From Ramazzottius varieornatus (Eukaryota; Animalia; Tardigrada), in the NCBI GenBank assembly GCA_001949185.1, contig BDGG01000002.1, positions 3,779,826-3,843,825 of the forward strand: 64,000 nucleotides of DNA, written 5' to 3'. This document shows positions 47,912 to 60,571 of the stretch, in pieces (position 1 is the first letter of the stretch; every line of letters begins with the position of its first letter). Under the pieces are notes generated by a model, which saw nothing but the letters and a program-made list of their open reading frames with translations, ran no database searches and was not told the origin of the DNA. Position numbers and translations under genes: made by a program.

Positions 47912-50877
47912 TGAAGGAAAACCACGGACTTGCCACCACCGAAGAAACGCCTGAAGAGTCCGCTACGTGAAACATTACCGGAAGCTGCGCATGACGTGAC
48001 CGTAGCTATCGTTTCTCCACTGCATTTAGAATCTAATGCTCGGTGTTACTGACAAAACCGTCCTTCATGCTTTTGGATTGAAAATTTCATGTGTCGATCT
48101 GTTTGTTGTTCTGTAGCGGAGGCTTGCGCTAATCTCTCTCGGCAGGAATACGTTTTTCGAGTTCGTCGCGATGAGCTTCTTGCACTACGTGCAGAGCGGG
48201 AGGAGGCTTTATAATATATGGTTTCGGCCAACCAGAATTACTCACGATCTTTAGGGAGACCGACTTTTCCTCTTCATCATCATAACCTGCGGCTGAGGAC
48301 GGAGAATTTTGAGGCTTTGCAAACCGCGAACGCTGAGCACGAAGTGAAATACGTAAGTAAGACGTGACATAGTATCATTCAACTTCCTTGAAGTGAGCTG
48401 TGTTTCGTCCCTCAAATTGTGTTTTCCTAGACCTTTCTTCTAAATGGTATGATTGGCGTGCGGCAAGAGCTGGAAGAGTTGGCAGCTATGCTCAAGGAAC
48501 CTCTCTCCGGCATAAACTGGGAGCTGCTAACAGAAGCCAACACCAAATTCATCAAGAACAAAATATTCCAGGTAACATTCAAGTTACAACCTAATCCAGC
48601 CAACTTGCTACCGCTCATTATACTGAGATGGTTTCGACTCGATTATTTTTCAAACTCCGAACTAGTTTTCTTTGGTTCAACATCCTATTTGCCATCTCAT
48701 GAGAAATTACTGGCCGGAAAATCGTTCACAGGAAGTTGAAATTGACATAAAACTAGGAAAGGTGCGAGGCGGAAATATCTCTTCAGTGTCTCACTGAGCC
48801 GCAGTTTTTTTGTGAAAATAATCAGAGCCGAGCGTATGCCATAGACAGGGGTCGGAAACGTGAATCTGCCGTCCTGAAATTCAGCTAGAAATTTCGCGGC
48901 TAAACGGTTTTCGCGGCAAAACGGTTAAAGTCACTAGTACTAATTCCTTTGCCAAGATGGTTCGATATTCCCATGTTCGTCTTTGTTTTGGAATAACACA
49001 TCGAGTACTTGTGAGCCTAACATCAACAGACTGGTGATCGAAACTCACGTACATGTCTTCCCTACCGGAAGTCATGTCACTCGAATGTTCGGAGCTGTTG
49101 TAGTTGTTGGAACACTGGAGGACAGAGCGGGAAAACAGCAATCTGAACTTTTTGGCGTCGAAGTTCGAGGTGGTAGCAGGTTGGCGGGAACAGGGTGTAT
49201 TTAGAGAATAGAAAGTAGATTGTGGTGCTAATGTGTTAACGTTGCTTTTTCTAGCTTGAACAACTGAAAGCTCAAAGAATTGCTGCTGGAAAGAAGGTCT
49301 TGCAGCGTATCTACCATTTTTGTCGTCACGTCGAGCTCAAATCAGAGTTGTTGGACGCGAACGGGAGAGCCAGCTCTTCGATCCGGAAGTCCTTGTAAAA
49401 GTGAGTACATGCTTTTCCTTTTGCTTCCTCTATCCACGGTTTACTAACAGAAGGTGCTTTCGATAGCTGACTGAGGAACGGAACAAGATCGAGCAGCTGA
49501 CGAAAGAGAAACTCGGTACCAGAAATATAAGCTCTGATGAAGAGGTCGATCAGCCTACGGTCGAAGTTCCGGCAGATTTTGTCGTTGAATGTGGCGATAC
49601 TGGTGGTGAGAAACCAACAGTTATCACAACAACTGTTTCTGAGAAGTTTTCTCAAACATAATCTCTGTCTGGCATTTTGCAGAATGGAATTCAGAGGTTC
49701 CCGACGACTCCGACCACGACCCGCATCACGAAGATGGCGATGAAGCCTCTTCAGAAGAAGCTGTGAGTTCATTCGATCCCGACGACCCCGTGAACTCCAG
49801 AAAAGGAACGATCTCCGTTGTTTCACGGTCGCGGGAGTAAAAGAATTTGAGAAATGGTTTGTTGTTCTAGATTTTTGCACGGACGCAGCATTTGCTTCTG
49901 ACGTGTCCAATTCTTGCAGGATCCACGATGTGTTCGACTACCGAGTCAGTGGGGTTTTGGAGACGACAGGCATCAAGTTGCTAGTGCGGAAGTAAGTTCT
50001 GAAGCTTAATACGGAACTCGCAAGTAGCAATCGTCAGTAGCACTCGTCAGTAGTACAGCGTTCTGATCTCCGTGTTTGATTGCAGGTACTTCAAGGAAAA
50101 AGATCTCGTGCAGTACGGACAGAACATCATGAATACGTGGGGCAATTTATGAGAGGGAAAGCAAAATCCCAGACGAGAAACAAAGACGTTTTTCTTAGTG
50201 AAACACGTGAAAGGCAGATTGAAAGTTCTCGGTTAAAGCCTTATTTTATTGTTAAGTATGTTACGGAAAAACAGAGTTCAAAAGGCTGGTCGATCTTCCT
50301 TTGTCGCATATCGTTGATAAAGAGTAGAACTTTCCATTTGTATCGACGGGTTCGACAAGATGGACCACAAACATCAAGTAACCAACCGTCACGAGGAAGG
50401 AACTGGAATCGAGGCTATAACTGTGGTGGTTACACCGGCGAACAAGGATATCGATAAGGTAAACTTCCGCCTCAGTTTGCACTGCCTCCTTCGATATGAC
50501 TTACAGATGAAAAATTCACTCGCCTCTTTCTACTTCCTGTTCATGTTCAGTCCGTGATTTCCGTTTTTCGTAGGTTTCAACAATGGTATGCAGAACCGAA
50601 GTCGATTTGACATTGAGGAAGCCCGCAAAGCTGACTTTGACGTGGAAGCTGCCAAGGGAGAGTTCCGCAATATGGAAATCAGCAAAGGTACTTCATTTTA
50701 CTATGGTTTTCTTCTTTTCCAGGTCTTTCTTCGCTTCTTTTGCTTCCCGCCTTGATGGTACGGTGTGTCTGATCCACCTTTCTGGTTGCAGGAGACGAGG
50801 CGGACAACGCCACGAGGCAGTCTGGTAACAAGTCCAAAGGCGGAAGTAAGCATGCCGAAGCAAAGCCTGGCTACAAC
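47912..50877 (+). pseudogene. Disrupted or chimeric multi-exon gene ending in an LSM14-like RG-rich + DFDF segment
   Basis: Exon-like pieces: 'PPPKKRLK', helical 'RQELEELAAML', acidic 'DDSDHDPHHEDGDE', 'RGRNWNRGYNCGGY', an in-frame TAA at 50455-50457, then 'ADFDVEAAKGEFRNMEI' and 'AKPGYN'. Frames are also inconsistent near 48212 and 49300-49400. Confidence 0.45.
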
Positions 50878-51271
50878 CTGCAGATACAAAGTGATCTGTT
50901 TGGCCTGCTGTTGGTTCAAACCGCCATTTTTGTGACCACTACCACCACCATGAAGTTGATGGTTCATGAAGTGGGGGGCGATGTACCGCAGTAAAAGTAT
51001 CGTGGAACTGTAGCTGTTTGGTAGCTGGGCAATCAAACTCGACAGGTTCGTTATCTCGAGTAGCGCACCTTTTCAGCCAATAATAATGGAAACAGTGCGC
51101 CTAGGGATGACGATCTTGTGCGTTTCGTTGTTCACAGCTTCCTGTTCCTGCTTGTGTGCAAGTGAGTGAGAGTGGTGGTACTTCCTGTTGTGGTACCGTG
51201 TAGCGTGAAGCTTTGTAGTGTTTTTTTTGTTTCTTTTGTTCGGTACCGTAACCTTGGCTCATGTTTTGCTT

Positions 51272-51670
51272 TACAATATCCGCATCATGGCTTTGCACTA
51301 CGCTAAGATCTGCGTGAATCGTCTCTCTCAGCTTTTGAGTCTCGATTCCTTCGAAGTTGAAGAATATATCGGCAAACTGGTAAGTCTAACTATGCGCTTG
51401 CACTAGATCAGGAATATCTCACTAGACAATAAATGCTCACGGATGAACTTTACAGGTGAGGAAGAAGACCATCTTTGCACGAGTCGACATAACAGACAAG
51501 GCACGATCGTTTTCCGGCCGCAGAAGAACGTCAGTGCTACTCTGTAAAAGTGGGCCGGCGATGTCTCGAAACTAATGGAGTTGATTAATCAGACTAATTA
51601 TTTGATCAACAAGGAAGAAATGGTGTATGGCATGGGACATGCAGTAGCTGCTACTGGTGATCGAGAATAG
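51272..51670 (+). pseudogene. PSMD12: PSMD12/Rpn5 (26S proteasome lid) C-terminal pseudogene fragment with its intron retained
   Basis: 'YNIRIMALHYAKICVNRLSQLLSLDSFEVEEYIGKL|VRKKTIFARVD' [frameshift] 'QGTIVFRPQKNVSATL*KWAGDVSKLMELINQTNYLINKEEM' matches recalled PSMD12 'HNIRIMAKYYTRI..RMAQLLDL...LVVNKTIFAKVDR..GIINF..PK...W...LMSLVNKTTHLIAKEEM'. Intron at 51380-51455; TAA at 51545-51547. Confidence 0.85.
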
Positions 51671-53849
51671 TTTCGTCCAATTATTTTTCTAACTAATTTC
51701 TGTCTTGTTTGGATTCTATCGTTATCTTGGATACCTTTTTCTGACCGAGCCGGGCGATTCTTTCTGACACAATGTCATAACATAAAGTTCACTCCTGTGT
51801 ATACTTGAAACATTGTGTTGACTGCACCTTGGTGAATTCTATGGATGGTAGACAAGTATAAATTCAAACTGAAAATTAAGTTATTAACCATCAGTGAAAA
51901 GTCCAGACCGCAAGATGGGACATCTTTATTGACTCTTGCATGTCCAGAGATTATGATTACAAAACAGCAAACTATTAATCAGTTTTCACATATTCAAAAG
52001 GCTTGGGAGGCGAAGGGTCTTCGTCATCCCCTCAGAACTTTGGACCAGAAGCATCCAATCTCCCCACGATACCTTCCGGGTTCGAACTGGTGACGTCAAC
52101 TCGTGACGACATACCGTTGGGCTTCTCTCTCGTACCGTAACGCCCCCTGAAAATCAATTGGCTCCTGTCTGGCGGAGACGGTGGCTTCCGGTAGCAAGGC
52201 TAGACACAGAAAAATGGAAAAACAATTTTGGGCGTCTTTTCCATTTGGAGTCAAAGCGAGCCAATTCTCGTCGGTCGGCCAACCCCACACAGCAACTGAA
52301 AATTAGAATTACGTAGACTAGCGACTGAACTTGCCAACGCCGCTGGCGCCGCGCCAAGAACCCATAGCCGGTCTTCATTGCAGGAAATCGGTTCGCTGCG
52401 CTTATGCAGTACACGAACGAAGAGAGAAATTACATATGTGCAGTATAATTATGGGTCAGTAAAACTGTGGGCCAGGCTGTTTCGCTATGGCGGTACGCAA
52501 GCACGTACGTACGCGCCCGATTAGCATTAATACTTTTTGGCTATTTTCTACGGTCGAATTTCCATTTTGCGATCTTTTCCGCCTGACAGATAATTTATAC
52601 TAGTCCATAATTTGTTCTTGGTGCGTGTGTGTAATACTATGCAGAAAGTGCTTGCCTTCTCGTGATTAGATTTGGCTAGCAGTTGTGGACACATTAGTGC
52701 AGTTGCAGTGAGTGTCCGCATGTACACTAAAGCAAGCAAATTTGATCACAAGAAGGCAAGCGCCTTCTTCATTGTACACCCTGCCCAAGCCAACTTGCCA
52801 CCACCTGGCATTTCGACGAGGAAAAATTCAGAATGCTACATTCCCGTTCGTCCTTCCCGTTTCTCCATACAACTTTTCAAGCTGCTTCGACTGAGCTATG
52901 ATTCGTTCAGTTATGGTGACAAGCTGATTGGAAACCTTGACTACTATGACTTCCGGTGGGGAAGACATACCGCCAGGGGGTAAAACGCAGTCTACAAAAT
53001 TCCATGCTTGAGTTCTTATCCTGACATTGATGTGAATAAGCATATAACTATTCTAACAGCCGGAAAGAATCGAGACAGACCAAAAAAGGTCCAAGCGAAT
53101 TTGACAAACGATTTAAAATCGTCGAATCTGACCGTTTTGCGGGGGAACTCGTTTTCGAAAACAATTCTGAATGTTTTCCAGAACGGTTAATTTGCGGTTC
53201 CAGCCACTTTTCTTTTAGTTTAATGTTTGTGTTAATTGTTTTTGGTGACCGTACCGCGGGATGCCAACGGAAAACTGAGAAACAATTTTTCGAAAACGGA
53301 CCCAAAAATGACAAAAGCTGGTGCGTTTTTTACTCAGCACCTCGCTGAGGTTAACGTCAATCATGACTTTCCGTAAACAGAGTTTTTGCCAATAATTTCT
53401 CGAGAGGCAGCAAAGAGAATGCTAAACCGGGGAAAATTGATTTCGACGTGGAAAACTAATCGAGTCGAGCTGGCCTTGGAGAAATGAGTGGTAGCAAGTT
53501 GGCTTGGGCGGGCTGTATATGTGTATATGAAATTACAACCCACAAAATCAGTTGAGAATAGAGTAAAGACCACTTGTTTGAAGTTCATATATGGCTAGAG
53601 GCGCTGTACCTTCACGAGTGACGAGTTCTATTCAGCGGGAAGTATCACGTTGGACTGGAACAAGCACTCGAACAAATTTACAAGCAAGTCGAAGCGTCGA
53701 TAGTAACAACACGAAACAAAAATACCAGTAACAGTTGAAAGGAACATCTAAACAAAATGGGCAACCGGGCACTAAATCACGCGGTACATTTCCGCCTCAC
53801 CTCGATCAGTTCCTGCATGAATACACGACTCCGTTCTGGAGCGCATTTC

Positions 53850-55589
53850 TTAGTCTCCCTGCAGAATTAGTTCAAGGTTCTTTTGCGAGTCCCCATCTTT
53901 GCTGGTAACTTCAGCCCCGTCTTCGCTAAGTTTCTGCGCTTTTGTGAAGTAAGTATTCTCGGATAGCGATGAATCCCACTGCGCGACTTCATCGATAAGC
54001 CCGGTCAGTTCTTCCTGACTCACAATCCGTTTTGCTGCCATGTCTACGTTTTTAATCTTTTTCCCGCATCCCAGTCTTTCCACCATCTCAGCATTACCGT
54101 GCTGGTCGGCACACATTGGCTATAAATTGAAGCAGCAGGATTAGTACTCTGGCTCATCCAAAAAGCTAAAAGGTTTCACCGAACAGAGCCACCTATGATG
54201 CAGAAAGTACAAGATTGTTCCCTCGAGTGGCTCACCCTTCCACCCAGTAATAATGAAGATGTGGGCCACTTGAGACAAAGATCCTGTATATGTTGTTTGC
54301 CCAGACAAATGACAGCCAAATGATCGGAACCTACCCATGCGAGTATTGGTACGCCAAAAGATATTCCTTCCAACGTGCTGTTCCACCCGCAGTGACTGAC
54401 AAACAGCCGTGTCGCTTTGTGCTTCAGGATGGTTGTTTGGGGAGCCCATGCCAAAATCAAAAACGGACATCCGGTTGTTTGAAATTGGCTTTTAATTGCT
54501 TCTTTAACGCCTTGTGACAAAGGTGCCTGGTACGCCGATTTGAGCGCCCAGATGAATGGTCGATTCATGGCTCTCAGTGTCTCACAGAGTATCAGAAGTT
54601 GATTCTCCTTCGGTGCTAGCATCGAACCAAAGGACACGTAAACAACGGATCTTTCCTTTTGCTTGTCAAGCCATCTCGATACTTGAGAGGTTTCTGAGTG
54701 CTTCATTGGATCGTCAGGGCTATGAGCAACAACTGGTCCGACACATCCAATCTTCAGCTTAGTGAACTCCGGGCACAGCTTTAGGACTTCTCCGCGGATG
54801 TTCGGTTCGAGCCCGGTGAACGAGTTGAACATAAGACCGGTAGCTTTGGCCAAAGACTTACGGATCTTCAAGTACTTATCTTTGAGACCTGCTGGAAGTT
54901 GGTCGGTCTTCATTTCTCCCTTAACATCTTCGTTACCGAGGGCTGTCTGTTCAGTTACTCCAAGGTACTGCATAGCCATGAAACCAGCCATGGGTGAGAA
55001 CCCAAAGATCGGTATGTTTTGCTCCACTGCGGCGGTAAATGGCGCGTCGCAGATAAAAACATCGCTGATGATGACGTCGACGGAAGGAATATCAGCAATT
55101 CGGCGGGAGTAGCCATTTCTCGTACTTTTGACAGGCAAGCTGGATATCAAGTCTCTGATCGCAACACTTAATCTGTTGGAAACGAGTACAAGATCATCGG
55201 CGGACAAGCATTCGTCATGCGAACTCTGGATTCCATCTTTCAGGAGAAATAAACGTATCCTCTTCTCGTCAGCCGGTACGACGACATTCCGCTTGTACAT
55301 ATCATCCATCAGGCTCTCCGATACAGCGAACGTCACTCTGTGGCCGGCAGCTACGATCCGTCGGGAAAGTTCCAGTAGAGGGGTGACATGTCCAAAAGCG
55401 GGATACGAGAAGACCAAGAAGTGTTTCGCGTCTTGGTCGCTTGATACAATATTGAGCGATGGAGGCTGGAAGAGAATTTTTGGTCGTTACTTAGTAAAAG
55501 CTTTTTTTCGAAGAGAAGGAAACGAAATCAACACTCACGTCCGATCTTGGATGACCTACGTACAAGGTCGTCTGGATGAAGGTATGCAT
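53850..55589 (-). CDS. Plant-type soluble family-1 UDP-glycosyltransferase, paralog A
   Basis: Exons 55589-55560 (tentative), 55465-54335 and 54119-53850. Catalytic-His motif 'YPAFGHVTP', 'YVSFGS', and PSPG box 'WAPQTTILKHKATRLFVSHCGWNSTLEGISFGVPILAW|PMCADQ'. No signal peptide and no C-terminal TM. Confidence 0.93.
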
Positions 55590-55827
55590 GATGCTAGCTG
55601 GAGGTACCGTACTAGGACAAACTCTTCGTTACGGTTTGTGGAAACTTCAGAAAATTCAAAGTAGTTGTCCATAAAGAGCGAAAGGCAAGACTAGTGCGGT
55701 CATAGTTGTAGGCCTCTGTTATATACAGGCCTCGCTCGCTGCTTGTTTTTTTTTGTTTTGGCATCCTGGCAAGCTTTATTGTTAGGCTCTTCCAAGTAGT
55801 ACGAAAACAACTTCCATTATTGTCATG

Positions 55828-55973
55828 TGACTCAGCTGTTTGGCGAGAACGAGCAGAAAGATTCAAGCAGAAGACTGAGACACTTTTTTCTGAAGTCTGA
55901 ACCAGGCATGTGTGGTTCTCACGACCCGGAACAAGTTTTGATCATACTACAAAGTCTAGTTCGTAATGAGTCA
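55828..55973. promoter_or_regulatory. Candidate ARE/AP-1 sites upstream of UGT-A
   Basis: TGACTCAGC at 55828-55836 and TGAGTCA at 55967-55973, about 240-385 bp upstream of the putative ATG. Confidence 0.35.
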
Positions 55974-56105
55974 AGCGCACTACCTGGTAATGTGGCAATG
56001 TAGCCATTTTGGTATTAGATGAGGTGTGTGCACGCAAAACGCTCAGCACCAAGTTAATAACATGCATATGGAGGAGACGCTCTTACAAGGGAATTATGGC
56101 CGTTC

Positions 56106-56180
56106 CTACGTCACGAGCTACGTCACGAGCTACGTCACGAGCTACGTCACGAGCTACGTCACGAGCTACGTCACGAGCTA
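56106..56180. repeat. Perfect tandem 12-mer (CTACGTCACGAG) x6
   Basis: Directly visible. Confidence 0.95.
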
Positions 56181-59100
56181 TGCGTAGGCATCTTAGGCTT
56201 CATGACGTGGCCGTGACGTATATGAGCAAAGTTGCAGGCTGAGCAACGTAAGACCTCGCTCCTCGTAGCGATGACGCATTAACAGCACGCTGACGTAACA
56301 TTCTTTCATTGGAGGTTTTGATAAACATCTGATCTACCTGATGTATCGGCAGGATGCCATTCCGCCTGCACTTGCGTAATGTAGCACTTCGTACTGTACA
56401 ATTCGGACAAACAGCGAGATGAAAAAAGCCTGTCAGCTGATCATCTGGGTGTCAATCAAAGCTTTTAGGCTGCGCTACGTAACTTAAGTCAACCCTAGTT
56501 TATAACCCGACACGTGACTGATGACGTCACGGCTAGGAACGAACATTAGAAAGATGCTTGAAAAAGACGAGCTTGGACAATCAAATTTCACTGTGATATT
56601 CACGTGCTTGATTGAATCGGGTTAACCGTTTATGCTAGTTAACTGTTAACCGTTAACCCAGCACCTACCCCGTTCGTGACGTCTCCAGTCACGTATGCAA
56701 AAGCTGGTTGTCAACCAGGGTTTTTGACTCCCGTTTAATTATCGTTTTTGACGCCCATTATCGACGGTTGATTTTTTGGTACACTGTACTATTTAGGGAG
56801 CACGTTTTGATAACACATGCCTGTACATAACGGTTTCTCAGACCGGCGGCCGATAGTTCTGCGTAAAAATTTACGTCGGGATTCTTCGTTCGGAAAGAAA
56901 GTTCGTGGGTCGTCTCGTTCAGTACGTAGTATACGGATTGAGGCTGCTGGTGCTAGTCTAGGGTCTAGCCAACCTGCAGGATTTGAGTCTATTTACCAAT
57001 GTCAGAGACCGTAAACTTTAAACACGCAGCTGTTTGTGGTGGGAGATTGTGCCATTTTTCCGTCAATCTCGGAAAAAGCATCTAATTATTCATACAGCCC
57101 GTACCCATCACGTCCAGCGATACTCCGATTGGTTTTCTGCCGGACAAAAATCTACTCAAGCAGAAAAGAGATATCTGTACCTTCGATACTGGTGTCTTTA
57201 GATTAAAATCTGGAAGGAGTGGGTCGGTGGGAAAATCAAAACACGCAGCAACAGAACGACATGAATTAGGAAAGAAGTAAAGCAAGCTAGCTGCGAAGGC
57301 TGTGAAGGAAGAGGAGGCGGTCCGTCTCCGACTATAATGATAGGAGCTGCATCGAAATCTAACCCCTTCATTCCTGGTACTACCCTAATGCGAGGTGAGC
57401 CGAGTTATATCGAAGGCGACGTCGGTTTATTTTGAAACCACTGGCAGTAAACTAGCGAATGGACCTGGTATAACAACTGTAAACGCACGTGTGTACGCGT
57501 ACGTTTGCAAACCTTAAGAACTTTCAGAGAAGATGAGAGTGGAGAAGGGGAGAAGGTAGAGGTCCATCCATGAACTTTGACGACCAAGCGTGGTCACGAA
57601 ATTGCAGCTACGCGCGGCGTTCTCGACTTATCGTCGACGTAGGGAAGGTAGCAGTCACTGCGCCAGTTCCCTTGACGTTTCAAGAAAGCTGAGGAGATCC
57701 CGGTGGTGGGCGCCATAGGTGGCGCCACCATAGCGAAAGGAATGGAGTACGATGCGAGTCACATCACTACCGGACCAGCGGAGCGTTTTTCAAACTCCCT
57801 TTGTGAAGAGCGGAGGTGTAAGGGGTCTCCGTTGATGCTTGTGGTGACAGGAGAGAACAGGCGTGGATGAGGAGCAACGTTTCGGATTCGACAGCAGGGC
57901 AGAGAGTTCGCTCGGAGTTTGGGCAGCTGGACCTGATGGCGATTGTCGGCGGAATGGTTTGTACGAAGGCGGACCTTCATACACAGTGACCAGCTTGGCC
58001 GGTCTTGCTCGCACGCAGTCCGACCCACCGGGCTACGCCGGAAGAAATACCGTAGAATTTCTTAGTCATACGGTTTGGCCGTGGCCTTGTTGGTGTGACG
58101 GGCATACCCGTTCCTCTACCCCTCTCTTTCTGCCGGTCTTTCTGCCTGTATAAATACCAGGCGCGGTACTAGATGACAACGCCCGTTTACAGAGATTAAA
58201 ATCACAAAAACCGTGGCAAGAATTTGAATTACTGTTGAAAGCCGCATTTGAATTCATCGTAAGAAAGAGATAATCTGGTCAAGGTGAGGTACCAGACATT
58301 ACTTCTACGCGAGGGATTTTGATCAGTCGTAATTGCAGTTGAAATCGGAAGAGTCATGTGGCAAAAACACTGGCGGGAATACCAGCAGCAGTGGTGGACG
58401 TGAAGTCTTGCATTGGCCAAATAGTCGACTTCATAGTGGTTCGTTCCAACACTATGATCAGCACCCTGGTGGAAGTGGGTTGTACGTAGGTTGCCGTTGT
58501 CGGTACGGAGCGGTTGCCCAACCAAAGAACCTGTTGAGTAAGCCCACTTAGATATGATTTGCGCTTGCACACCAGCTGGCGATTCCACAACGAAATTCAA
58601 TTAATACTGTGAAAACTTACCGACGGAGTCGGGATTATCGAGTTGAAGCCTTACAGTCGAGACATGACCGAGACAAGGCAATTGTCCGAAAGACCTGACT
58701 GGGTCAGAACACGTCCCTCAATCACCGGCAGCTGTTCTATCAAAACGCTCATCGCAAGTAGCTTCCGGGAACCAGGGGCACAAAGCTACAAATCCGTTCT
58801 AAACACCTTGAGTTAACACCTTGAGCACGGGGCGGGAAACTCACTTTCCCGGCGCACACTCATTTGTGCGTAGCGAGTTTCCAGTTTACCTTTTGCTCCC
58901 CGTTTTTTTCCGTTTGCCCGGACAATCAACCCTTCTTGAAACTAAAACTAGCGGCCACTGGACACTGGCTCTGAAAACCTGTGTGGAATTTTTTTCCTCT
59001 TTTAACGGGATTTCGGCGTAGCCAGCAAATTAGTTTCCAGCCAGGCTCTCAGTTAGTACAGAGCCATCAAAATAATTGTTGCGCGAGCCCAAACATTTTA

Positions 59101-60226
59101 GCATCTTTTGACAGTTTCAGATTCGTGGAAAGATCTGCCCAGTGGTCATTAAAATAACTTTGAAGCCTGGCCGTTTTGAGTTGGCAGGTGGCGCACTCTA
59201 CATCATATTCCAAAAATTTGGCCAATCGATGAGGTAGTGATTGGTCTAATTTGGTACCGCCGCCAAGTTTTAACCAGTCAAAACAAGGCGAAAGTGACTT
59301 TCCCGCATCGTATTCTGAAAGCACGAAATCGCGCAGTGCTCAAGGTGTTAATTGTCTTGACCGTGTGGTCCTTTTAAACTTTCGGCATTGCTTCCGGGTC
59401 CATCTGCTTGCGAATGTCGTTGCCATCGGCAAGTGGCGCCTCCGCAGAGTTTATGAGCCAGCCGTTACCGAGAACACGGCCACTTGAACGTTCTTACCAG
59501 GACGGGAATGTCTTTACTGGTCAAATCTTTGACCAAGACATCGACAACTGGCATGTCGAGCTGACTGGGAGGAGGAAGTTGCAAGATGAAGTTTTTGGCT
59601 GTGTCGCACATTTTATTCGTGGAGTAAAACATTGTTTCGGACGATATGTCCGCATCAAAGGTGTTGCGCCGGATACCGTCCTTCAATCCAGTCCGAGGAA
59701 GCGAATGCTGTCTTCGTCAGACGGCGAGATCGATCATCTTGCAAGTGAGCATGCATGCCTTCTGCAAGGTTTTCCGAAGCCTTGTCACGGGTACGTAACG
59801 ATGCGTCACTTTGACCATGGACGATCTGTTGATTGCTTGATTGAAAGGTTCCTGGGGTTGTTCACCAGCGCGCTTCGTAACAGCCTCGAACATCGCCCGT
59901 TGGACAACTGCCACCACATGATCGCGAAACGCCAGGAGATACGTGATATGGCCAAATCAGGGTCACGAGAGTGACGAGGACCACGACAGGGTGATTGGAC
60001 ATGTATAGAACATTCTGGGGTCTATCTTTGGCTGAGGATAACACATCTTACCTTCATTAAAAGTGGCTGGATTGGTATGAACTGAATCCACTCGTATGAC
60101 ACCGTAAAGGGTGAATCTTTGAAACTGACACGACATTCGCTGCGAGGTGCGATTTTACTGAAATGTTTTGCCAGTAAGAAGAAAAGTTAACTGAGGCCCA
60201 AACCCGTGTCGTAAAAAACCCCGCAA

Positions 60227-60349
60227 TACTGTATTCCCCAGAAAATTTCGCGCAGTCACGTGACAGGCTTATAAATGTTGTTAATAGCCCTCTGGGACAT
60301 TTTATGGGCCTGTCACGTCACTGGGCGAAACTTTCGAGGGAATACAGTA
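60227..60349. mobile_element. Foldback MITE with ~50-bp inverted arms and flanking TA
   Basis: TA-CTGTATTCCC..GAAA.TTTCGC.CAGT.ACGTGACAGGC..ATAAATG / CATTTAT..GCCTGTCACGT.ACTG.GCGAAA.TTTC..GGGAATACAG-TA. Confidence 0.8.
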
Positions 60350-60571
60350 ACTCCACGGCCTAAATAAAAACTGCCAATGAATCCGACATCGAAGCAGGTC
60401 AATACAGCTAGCTAACTTAGGATGTGGCGTTTACTCACTCCGGCAACCCACTTGCACTTTAGCAAAAGATGACGGCGCGGTTCTCCAAAAATGTATCCAG
60501 TTTAAGTATCTTTACTGCTAAGTAATTCGCGGAAACATTAGATTGCATTAGATTGCCAACATTGCATAACA

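Noticed and set aside
48890-48940. Possible Helitron 3' end (weak hairpin + CTAG)
   Set aside because: The hairpin is imperfect and no matching 5' end was identified.
52060-52100. B-box-like GGTTCGAAC
   Set aside because: No A-box or tRNA stems.
53270-53320. Short similarity (ggtccgttttcg.aaaaa) to ~1515-1540
   Set aside because: Only ~25 nt; too short to define a repeat family by eye.
56009-56242. ORF with (TSRA)6 repeat
   Set aside because: It is only the translation of the 12-bp minisatellite; no other coding or splice support.
57300-60050. Scattered ORFs between the UGTs (including 59408-59974 + and a weakly BTB-like 59067-59324 -)
   Set aside because: No consistent spliced model or recognisable domain; possibly decayed gene remnants.
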